From Bugula neritina (lineage: Eukaryota; Animalia; Bryozoa): a stretch of 64,000 bases of DNA. Where the stretch lies: NCBI GenBank assembly GCA_964035545.1, contig OZ037767.1, positions 17,171,781 to 17,235,780 of the forward strand, in the 5' to 3' direction. The notes under the pieces were generated by a model. It saw only the letters and a list, made by a program, of their open reading frames with translations. It searched no databases and had not been told where the DNA came from. Below are positions 25,201-36,258 of the stretch, piece after piece. Each line of letters begins with the position of its first letter. Positions within the stretch are counted from its first letter, which is position 1. The position numbers were made by a program, and so were the translations under genes.

Positions 25201-28200
25201 TTCATTGTTGTATGTTGCTAGCATCCGATCTAAGAATGACGCAGCTGTCTGTATAAGAAATGAGTGTATTTTCTTATCTCAGAGGATGAAACTGTGTGCA
25301 ACCTGTGGATTAATGTTTGTTTACAACAAAACATTTCTTATAAAGTTTAACGAGTTTCAACTATTGCACATATGATCAGATGAGGCTGTTTTTGAAAAGT
25401 GTCAATCAAAGAATTAATACCATTGTTTCAGTTTGAATATAAATATACATGGTGCTCTATTTCATTAGAACCCTAACAACAAAGTTGAGTTAAATCAGGC
25501 GAAACATCTATATGGAAATTTATTTACAGCTTTACAAGTTTCTTGTATTTGAAAACGGAGAAAATGGATTCCACCTTTACGGTGATGATGACATCAGAGG
25601 GACAAGTCATCAAGAGTTTCCTTTGGGTGGAAAGTTGGTGCTGCTCAACGAGTATGAGAATTATATCAACTTGAGAGGTAAATATTCGAGTACACATGTA
25701 TCGTTATTACAGGAAACTGTTTGGTTTATGTAACACTGAGTTCAGACAATAGTCCTTGTGGTGTAATGGTTAGTGCGCCTGCAGCGTGCAAGCTGGAGGT
25801 CTTGGGTTCGAATCTCAGGTGGGGCAAAAGTCTTACAGTTTAAAATTCAATTGTAATTTGCAAGAACTACTGTTTTTTCTTATTCTTTTTTTATTTGTCT
25901 TTCATTTGACCTTTTTCCTGATTGCTTATCCACAATAGGCTGTAACCACGGATATGTCATGTGAACAGAGTGTATAACCCTCCAAGCAGATTTTCAGAAT
26001 ATGACTTAAAAGTTATTTTGATTTTAGAGAATAGAGAGTTGAGTCAAGTCTCCTCAGGCGCTGAGGTAGCCAATGTGAACCTGTGGTCAAGAATTATTCC
26101 TATAGAAGTGATGGACAAGATGCTATGGTACGGGAACGTGTACACCATGCTCCCATCTACAATTGCCAAGCTGTATGGATCCCTGGACCATGAAATTGCT
26201 GTATATAACGTTTCTGGTAAGCAACATTCTTTTCAGTCATAGTGTAGTTTAGCTGCTTCAACCAAACATCAAATGAATTGATGATTCATGAACAGAAAGC
26301 GACTTTATTTTCTCCACCTTTTAAACCAAACAACTTGATGAGATTATGTAACTCAGCTGACTTCCTATTGTCTTACTCGTGTGTCAATATGATTTCAGTG
26401 AGTCAAACCTCAGCTGTGACAACTTTATACAATGGTAAGACAACCACTTTGTAGCAGATATAGTTTGTTCACATTAATGGAAGTTGTCATTTCTTTTTCT
26501 GTGCGAATTGTATTTAGAAGTTGCCTTCTTTGCTTTTAAAGCTTCAACTACTTACGTTTTTTAATACATGCATAGCTTTCCTTGTTATTATAGCTTTATA
26601 TATTTTAGCTTGTTATATGCTGCACATTATGAAACCACTAGAGCTGGCGTAAAAACTATAGCTATACATATTTTAAACACTCGGTGCTTTAAACATATTG
26701 CTTTAAAAACCTAACACGTGCTTTTTAGAGGGGTGAAGAGCAATCCACCCCTGAAAATCACAGTACTGCCTCAAACACAATGTTAACCATTTTTTGGGTT
26801 ACCTAGTAAGTAGAGTGTTCTATCTGTATAATTACTTATTGACTTACTAGTTCTATAATATAAATATATATATAATATAATACAATATTACAGTATATAA
26901 TGTTATAATATAGAGTAATGCATTATATTGTAATGATTATGATGAGATATTAAACACAGATTTAATATTTGAATATAGGAAGTGTACAGATTGGTGAGTA
27001 TAAGACTCTCTTTGTCACTCATTTGACAAATACATATGACCTTGACACTGGGATAGTTGAGTTACTTTAATATGATTGGTTCACAGAAAGGCGTATAATT
27101 CTCTAATTTCCACATAATTATATGGCTTATAAGCTAAGGTTCTTCTATTTCTATTAAAGCTTCAGTTTAAAACACCACATACTTACTTCACAAGCATTTC
27201 ACGTATTTTGGAGAAAATCTATCGTTTTCATTACTTTCCTTATAAAAGCTTTAAAAACAATTTCCTTGATTCATTTTTCATAAAATTTCCTGTAGCTTGT
27301 TAATTATCTATAATATTCAAAAATAAACAATGGGAATATAATTTCCCAATCTGCTTCTAAAACTTTCGCTGTCGATAAAATAGCCTCTGCTTCATTCATC
27401 TGTCTCTTTCTACACACTATACATCTGGCTAGTATATGGCTCAGGGGATCAAAGGCTATGTTAATACAACAACCTAAATTTGGTAGCAAGAGTACATGTC
27501 TGGTACAAAGCCCTCTCTTTCCCCATTGCAGCTTATTATTATTATATTATAGTTATATAGTGTGGCTACTGGCTATCATAAAATACTAGTATTTATTCTT
27601 CCTTGCGAATTACTAAATAACAATGTTACTATACACATTTACAGAAACTGGTGTGCTACGAGTGAGAAGAAATGAGCTTATCACATCGATCAGCTCTACC
27701 ACTTCTGTTACCGCGTCAACTGCTCCACACCTGAACACAACAGGTGGATCTGCACTAAACGCTACGGCCGACTTTGCAGTTACCAGTACACCCTACTTGG
27801 GCAATACTACATCTTACATGGGCAACAGCACTTACATGGGCAACACTACTACTGATTCTGTCAACGGTACTACTGACGCTGTCAATGGCACGGCTGACAC
27901 TGTAAACAGCACGATGAGCAGCTCCAACATCACCAATAGCAACGATACGTCAGCTGATAACACGACAACAACCACTGAGCAGACGCCATTCAACTACGCT
28001 GATTTCACGAGGACTGCTGGCTGGCAACTGGTGGATGAGAAGTCGGGACATGATGGAACGGAGCGAAAGACTTTACTCTCTTGTACGTACAGAGGAAGGA
28101 AATGTGACTCTAGGGTGAGAAGCTAAAGCTATAAGTGTATGATCATTTTGAAAAAGTAAATTTGCAGCATGCCAGAGATCTTTAGGCCTACTGTGATTTG

Positions 28201-31200
28201 GAGTATATACCTGAAAAATAATGATTTTATAACATTGAAAGTCGGGAAAACTATTTGTTACAAGGCTTTTAATTCATAGTAACTCATGCATAATGCTTAG
28301 TAACAGAGGCTAAGTAAAGGCAAGTGGAATTTCAATTTACTAGTTTGCAGTGCTAAGCTTTACCAGATAGCATAACTCTGTTGCCTTGTCTGTAGCCCAT
28401 GTCTTCATTGTAGTGGTTCACCCACAGATAGTATAACTCTGTTGCCTTGTCTGTAGCCCATGTCTTCATTGTAGTGGTTCACCCACAGATTTGGAGCTTA
28501 TGGCAACTGTTATACTTTCAATCAAGACATACCTGAATCTTTAGCTAAAGAGGAAGGATTCTCCTTGCCAATAATACAGGATAATGCTGGACCAACCGGG
28601 GGTCTGAATATGCTACTTGACGTACAAACCGTAAGTCTAACTTGTACAAACTGTAAGTCTAACTTGTACAAGCTGTAAGTTCAAGTCCACGACTTGACAC
28701 ACTTAAATTACCTTAATGTATTGGCTATACTTAGTAAAGTGTTTTACTCTTAGACTTTCTACTTTGTTCTAATCTAGATTTTACTATATTATACCTCTGC
28801 ATGTAAACAAAATTGGTTTGAGAAGTTGAAATGAAAAGAAGTAACATGAATAGCTTAAAGATTGAATGTTGATAATTTTTCTGTGCCCTTTTATACTTAT
28901 ATATTACTATTATAATATTAATTTTATTATAATATTATTAACAAGTAATAATATGTCTTTATATTTACACCATGTGTTTTTTCATAACGTAAACTTCTTG
29001 CATTTTATTGTTTAGTTTGAGTACGCGGAAAGTACTGTCCTCAATGGGAACAGTGAACTAGGGCTAAAGTTTATTATTCACGCTCCATATGAGGTTCCAG
29101 TCATCAATTCCATGGGGTATGCCGTTGGCCCAGGACAGAAAGCTTTTGTCGGCTTTGATAAAACTATTGTAAGTTGTTTAACCTCTGTGTGCACAATCAC
29201 ACTGCATAATTTTATTACCTCGGACTCCATATTGAAATATTATTGAGCAGCTCTGCTCAAATCTCCATAAGTTTCTATGGTATCGTGCTTCTTCAGACTT
29301 TTTACAATAGTAGTAATATAAAAGTACTAGAATTTTCTAATTGCTGTAAAACTGCTACGGATGTTGCACTCATTGTTATAGCTCAACAACTTAGAAGAAC
29401 CGTGGGGGCGCTGTAAAAATAAGAGACTTAAATATTTTGAGAAATACACAGAGAGTAGCTGCGCATTGGAATGTAAGCTAGATAGAGTTGTGTCCTCCTG
29501 CCTCTGCAAGCCCTATTACTATCCCGGGGATTTTGACATTTGTACTTTTGACCAGCTGTATCAGTGTGCCTATCACGAGATTGGTAAAATTCTTGTCAAC
29601 GTGCCGTTGAATCGTTGTGTCTATTATTTATCTCCCCCCCTTGTGAACTCTATAGGCACCCCCAATCCTTAATATGTTGATTTTATCCCTGATTGATAGC
29701 TTATAAAATTATTACCTTTTTGTTTTCCTGTAAACACAAAACTCAAAGTAGAATCGTGCAGCAATAACGGTTAGGATTTCTCAGTCTACAGGGACGCTGT
29801 GGTCTGCTCCCTCAACCAAGAGTAGATTGCCTGAGTTCTCATGTTTGATGTTGTCACCAGGTGTCGAACTTAGAGAAGCCGTGGGGGAAGTGCAATGAGA
29901 GCAGACAGCTGATATACAACCTGAACTACACGTTAGAGGGATGTGCTGTTGAATGCCGTCTCGAGAAAGTAGTAGCAGCCTGCGGCTGTAAACCGTACTA
30001 CTATCCCGGAGACTTTGATATCTGTTCGCTAGATCAGCTAGAAAAGTGTGCATTCATTGAAATTGGTAAAGTGTTCTTTATTGTCTCTGCTCAAGGCACA
30101 TTATGAAACTTTGAACAGTAGTATTCAATTAATGAAAAAAGTGTTATTGAAACATTTGGCACTATATTAGTACCAGTTATAATAGAAACAATCTTTTAAA
30201 TAAAACAAATTAGTAAGTTTGGGTAGACACAAACAGTAACAATAATAATGAATGGTGATACTTCATAACCAATTAACATTTCGCGGATATTTATTTGTGG
30301 ATCTTCAGACCAGCAGACATACAACTCAGGCTAAATTGAGATTTAGCAAACCAAGTTGTTATTTATTTTATGTGTGAAAAAAAATTAAGATCCTCAACCT
30401 GATTCTATTTGTTAATACTGATGATTCCAACCCTCAGATTCTTCCACGAGTTACATTAAATGTTTATTTGTATCCTTCTTTCAGTTTATTTGCAGGCGTG
30501 ATGATTTTTTTTATTTTGACAGTTGTAAAAAGTAAATGGATTTTTAAAACCTTGTGAAAACTGCATTTGACTATTTTGCAGATGTGATACTATTGATCCA
30601 AAAACATAATTTTTGAGTCAAGACTCATTATTGTGCAGCAACATTCCGTTGCTGTTTGATACAATATTCTTTTGTGTTATAGCAAAGGTCAACGCTGACT
30701 TCAGTGAGCTGTGTGACTGTCCTATAGCGTGTATGTCTGAGGATTATGACGTGAAGCTGTCCTACACGACATTTCCGAACAGACCTTACGGCTTCCAGCT
30801 GGGGGAGGACCTCAACATAACTCTACCGAGATTTACTCCCGGCACAGTTGCATATGAGAACACCTATCAGTACATCAAGTATGGTTTACTTTCTTCAACA
30901 GACAGTCTCTTGCTAAAGCCCTGCTTTTATTATTAGAGTTTATTGCTCTTGAAATCTTTAATCTTAGAAGAGCTATGTTTGTTATACCAGCTGTGTTTAT
31001 TGGCAACAGTGCTTGTATATTTGAGATGTGCTGAAATTGTTACAGAGGGAATGTTATAAACCTGGACATGTATTTTGAGAAAATGTTGGAGACTGAAATG
31101 AAGCAGAATAAAGCAATGGACATCACGGCTCTACTTGGTAAGTGTTTCTGTCTGCTGTAGGTAAGTCTCTAGTATAGGTTATAGACTATCCTGTATTTTG

Positions 31201-31700
31201 CTGTAGCCTATGTTGGTTCCCTTATATATAATCTTCATGCTGGTTGAATTCATGCAAAAAGGATTAGTTTTTCTCGCATTACAAAGGCGTCAGGTGGCAG
31301 AAAACGTAGTTCCCTAATGATTGAATTGAACAGAACCATTGAATTAGTTGCAACAGCTGTATGTGTGCTGCAAGCACACGGCTTGATTAAGGTTAGCATA
31401 CTGTATTGATAGAGTTTTATCTATTGTGCAGGTAGTGTTGGCGGACAGCTTGGGCTATTCATAGGGTGCTCCTTCCTCACAGCCTTTGAGTTCCTTGAGT
31501 GTATAGTGATGAGTACTCTGTACCACTGCAAGAGGAGACGACTAGCAAAGGCTCGTAAAAAGAAGAGAGAACAAGCCGCAGCTCACCAACTCGAGTACGG
31601 CCTTTACACTCCCAGATACAGCTCTGAGTTGAACAAAAACAATAGTAACAACAATGGCGGATTGTCTGCGGCCATTTCACAGCAACCTTTAGTGTGGTGA
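19281..31700 (+). CDS. DEG/ENaC (ASIC-like) channel subunit with sushi, pentraxin and mucin-like insert, 964/965 aa. Exons: 19281-19428, 20434-20569, 22034-22161, 22713-22973, 23561-23743, 24215-24378, 25530-25677, 26028-26216, 27645-28114, 28475-28630, 29016-29168, [29382-29583 OR 29861-30065], 30683-30878, 31046-31137, 31432-31700
   Basis: TTAHG pre-TM1 motif, TM1, PFPAVTICNFN, YGNCYTFN, Cys-rich thumb, CDCPIAC, and TM2 ALLGSVGGQLGLFIGCSFLTAFEFLE. All junctions are GT-AG and phase-compatible (2895 or 2898 nt). Confidence 0.93.
19429..19575 (+). repeat. 12-bp minisatellite (GAGTGTGTAACT) starting at the first coding-exon donor
   Basis: Directly visible. Confidence 0.9.
23152..23371 (+). mobile_element. 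tRNA-derived SINE, family A (intronic copy)
   Basis: A-box/B-box-like head (GGGTTCAAACCC) and a body shared with 33181-33400 and 40109-40322, ending GACTATAAACTTG.GTGAGTTT. Confidence 0.85.
25751..25826 (+). repeat. tRNA-like dispersed repeat, family B
   Basis: TGGTGTAATGGTTAG (A box) and GGTTCGAATC (B box), poorly paired stems; 4 copies in the window. Confidence 0.75.
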
Positions 31701-33178
31701 AAGCAATAAGTTGCTTGTAGAAATCAGTGTTTGATGATATTTGATGTATAGCTAGCACATGGAGCTACTACAAGAATTTAGGCAATATATTTTTATATTG
31801 ATATCTGTTTTGACTGTTATGAGATTGAACTATTTACTTATTTCTATGTAACCTGTTCGCACAAAGTTATTTTAGACAAAAAACTGTTGTAAAAGTAAGC
31901 AGTTTTTGCAGCAAAAATATTTAATTTTATTATTTGTCAGCCAACGAAACTTTTTGTAGCTGGTGTACTATTCAGTAAACCAGGCATTGATAAACTCAAG
32001 CTAATTGGGCACTTTTATACATCTTCTCAACTGATTGGCTGAGTAATCAATCAATCAAGGAATGAATTCAGTTTACTCAAAAGTTTAACTAGTATTTTAT
32101 GAACAAACATCTGCTCCATTAGTGGAATACATTTTCGTACTAAATAAAAGACTTGACTCAACATGTTTCTACTCTTTGTGCAAATGTGAAGCACATATAA
32201 ATTTTAATATTATTGTTCCATTTTCAACATTGTCAGATTATTCTATATTGTAAACTGCATGTTAGTAAATTTTGTCAACTTTAAAATATAATGTATGCTA
32301 CTAGATAATCACAACATTGCCTATTTATTCATCTGCTCACTAAAGAAAATACTAATAATTCAGCCAATTTGGTGTTCAAGAGATTTACGGTGATTTTTAA
32401 GCTGACTAAAATATGTTAATTTTATTACTGAATAAAGAGTGAAAGAAATAACGAAGATCATTTTTTTCAATATATTGAATTGAAAATTTGTGATCCTCCA
32501 AGTAATTATATGTCAGAAATCATTTTCATGAAAATATTTATTTTAAAAAGAAATAACACAAAGCAACATAAAAATATATCACCAATATTGTTAGTTTATC
32601 AGGAATATAAAACCTACAATTTATTATAAAAAGCAGAAAAGAAAAAATCAAATTCAGAATTAGCTCAATTGACTGAAGCCTTTCCAAAAACTTGTAGCTG
32701 AAAAAAGAAATTAACATAAAAAGAACGAACAAAATAACAAGAAAGAGAATTGAGCATTTTATAAATTGTGACTTTCTTTGGAAAATTGAGCAAATTATTT
32801 GAGCAAGAAAATTATATCAAACATTGCAGATTATTATTGTAAATTATAAAGAAGTTATACCAACATGTAGGTGCAAATAGATTGAGCAGGCTAACAAAAT
32901 CTCTTTGTTTTAAACTAGAGGGCAAGTCTTGAATCAACTACAAAGAAAATACATGCAATTAGCTGAATTAAAAAAGCAATCTAAAATGAAAAATTAAGCA
33001 ATAGCAGATTATAAAACCAGACATTAAAAATGAAATACTAATAAAGTTTGTCTATATTTGATGATAGTAAGAATTGGCTATAAATATGAATAAATTAACC
33101 AGATCTTGGGATAGCATCTTATTCTTGATTTCTTACGAAAAATGATAAACTTTCATGAACTATTTTATATCTGCTGTT

Positions 33179-33400
33179 ACAGAGCAGTCGTGGTCTAGGA
33201 GTGAGAGCGTTTGCTTTGTGAACAAGAAGTCGTGGGTTCGAACCTTGACAAAGGCCATTGGTCATGTTAAGAAGAGGATCCAGTCATAATTGCCCCTGTG
33301 CCTCATTTAAATAAGTCTTTAGCCCGCTTTAACAAAAACCCTTTCCATCAGGGGTTTCTCACAGCGATACCGACTATAAACTTGGGTGAGTGCGTGAGTT
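33179..33400 (+). mobile_element. tRNA-derived SINE, family A, with 18-bp target-site duplication
   Basis: TATTTTATATCTGCTGTT at 33161-33178 and 33401-33418; B box GGTTCGAAC. Confidence 0.9.
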
Positions 33401-36258
33401 TATTTTATATCTGCTGTTCTTACATGACTACTGTTGGAGGCAATCATCAATATTAAAAAAGTGAATTAAATGATTGGAATAACTTACAAGTGTGACTGAA
33501 ATGCTTCCTTTCTTTAAGCTTAGGGTTTACAGGTTTCCATTGACAACGACCTTCAACTGGAATCTCCTCAGCCTGCCCAGTTTGTGTGCTGCACTGAAGA
33601 TGAGAGTCAAAGTGCTTTCGTTGTGCCCTGCAGAAATCCTCTTTTTTCATCCGCTCAACAGCGCACCAAGTTTCTCTAGCCTCACCTAATAATTACAGTT
33701 GACAACTTACTGAAATCATGATACTTATCAAAGACAGATTTAGCAACGTATCCGAACTTGAAAAATGATATGTAAAACATCTCTGACAATTGATATTATT
33801 CTTTGCATAAAAACATTCAAGACTTAAACTCCAACTCCAAGTCATGCTGTCTCTAAATGTGCGGCACCGTCAGTTAATACGGACAATACTACAGAGATCT
33901 AGATCGACCAATCAGGGTCGATAACTCACTTATAAGCCATGCCTTCCGGCACCCACAGTCAGTCTCAGACAGTACTAGTAGCTACTAGGTTATTCATATG
34001 TAATTGCTTCGACTATTGCTATCTTTATCGTTTTATACTTATGCTTACTTTTAATTGTGTATAATTGCTTCAATACAGTTATGAGTTATCTTGTTAGACA
34101 CTCAACTAGTTTGGTTATTCACATAACCTCACAATGGACATGTAGTGATTACCAGCACGCAATAACACCCAAACTAGTAGTACGGAAAACTACAACAATA
34201 TCACTATCAGTTTCAGTACCACTTATTTAGAATTTAGTATTATCAATATCACAATCATACTCATAATGGTTACCCGATAACTATAATGATAATCACTCGT
34301 AAGTCATAATTATTATGATTACCAAATTATGATAACCATAATCAATAAACTATCATAAAGTGATACTGATAATCAGTCTGATTTATCAGTATGATAATGA
34401 GACCATAATTATAATATTAAATTTAATCATAATGAACTTGAAGAACTTGTCATTGAATTTGATAAATACTCATTCAATTGTTAAACTAGAAAAAGTTCAA
34501 ATATAACATCACGTAAATATTTTCTTACCTAAGCTTTTAGCACTAGACATGATAAACTTTAACAGAGCAAACTTGACTAAGAATGTGACAAAAGGAAAAC
34601 AATTTCAATTTGAAACAATGCAATGCACCGATTGCACCTACAACTACATATGGTATATGATGACGGGTTACGATAGTAACATAATAATGTTCCTGCGCGT
34701 AGTATTATACATGAGAAGGTAATTTTTTACATTCCAAGACATGTTATTTAAATTTTTGTAAATAAATTAAAAATTTTATTGAGAAAATATATTTAAATAA
34801 ATCTTGAAGACACAAAGAAAACCTTCCATAAACTCTAATAGTATATTCTACAAGTTTTTACGCTCACAACGGCTCCACCTAAGTTTATTCTACCTCACCT
34901 TTGAGCTCTCATTTACAACCTCAGATAAGTATAGCAAATTACTCTATCTTAGATAAGAGGTAATACACCATTCCCATTCAGGGAGAATCTGATATATTTA
35001 TATTAATATTATAATTATAATTATATTTAACTCTGAGTTTGTTCCCATTCTGGGTTTGTATTTGTCATAACTTCAATTGATGTTTTATCTTTGACATATA
35101 GTTGTTTTCCGGTTTTATTTTTTTCGTTCATCTCTGGCCATGGTGAATTACTAAGTCTAACTTTAACTTACTCTTACTTATTCAGTTAAACTTAATGTTT
35201 ATACACCAAATTTAATTTTACAGTTTAGGTTTAGGGTATTGAATAAACCCTATCATTTATCAGCCATCAATATCACTATCATAGTGACTATCAGTACCAT
35301 TATGATTATGATTATGATTATCATTCTGGTACTACTACTAAGACTTAGAGTTAGTAGTTTGTAGTTGTACCATAATCATAATGATAAGCATAAGCATAAC
35401 CATAACGGTACTATGCACTTGCAGCATGAGTATCACTATCAGTATGCTAAAAGTAAAAGTGAATAAGTTATACTAATAGTAATTGTTTTTTTTAAATTTG
35501 AAATCATATATTTTAAATTATACATATGTTTATAATATAGACTCACAATTAATGATGGCTGTTTAGTTTTATTATATCAATTTTATTTGATTAATTCTAA
35601 TGAGTAATGAGTATATTTTAGTTGTATAATAATAAGTAATTATAAGGAAATCATTATGATTAATCAATATTAATATTATAATTTAAAAATAATTTGATTA
35701 TTCAGCTGTATTTGTTGCTATTTTATTAGTTTAGAGCGAAAAATCATGTACATTAGCAGCAAATTGTGAAAAAATAGCTAATAACTAGACATATCGAGTG
35801 TGTACTAAATTAAGTAAAATGACTCAAAAGTCTTTTTTAGTTAGCAAACTAATGTTGCTGTTTGCATAAAATACACCCGACTTCATAGCTTTTACTATTC
35901 AAATCAAAATTTTTTTGTATTGTAGCATTTCATGATTTTATTTGTTCATAAGCCCTACTAATCAACATATCATATATTATAAAACATTTACTCGTTAAGT
36001 TTTATCTTGAAAGTTCGTTCAGGTTTTATCATGTGGATTAGTATTAATATTTTTAAGATTGTGGCTATATTTTTCTGTAAACAGATTATTTATTTTTTGA
36101 CTTGTTTGTAAGAATGGAATTCGATAATAATGTTGAGTTGAAGGTTAATTAGTGGACATTTTTCCTGCTTTGTCTATTATATCAAGAAAAGCCAATCATG
36201 TGTTTTCCCTTTGTTTCAGACGGGCAAGTAGTGTCTGGTGACTGAATTGTAACTAAAC

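Noticed and set aside
25751-25826. Functional tRNA genes (also 49115, 61043, 62658 and the SINE heads)
   Set aside because: The stems are mispaired, the anticodon arms are irregular and the copies differ from each other, so they are treated as tRNA-derived repeats.
22713-26216. Separate nested sushi/pentraxin gene inside a channel intron
   Set aside because: It has no start codon, signal peptide or stop of its own, and both ends are phase-1 splice sites matching the channel exons. Disfavoured, but RNA is needed to exclude it.
29382-30065. Both thumb exons included in tandem, or a haplotype assembly artefact
   Set aside because: Joint inclusion shifts the frame. The exons and flanking introns are far too diverged to be alleles.
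33525-33687. Selenoprotein reading through an in-frame TGA on the minus strand
   Set aside because: There is no redox motif, no recognisable selenoprotein family and no evident SECIS element.
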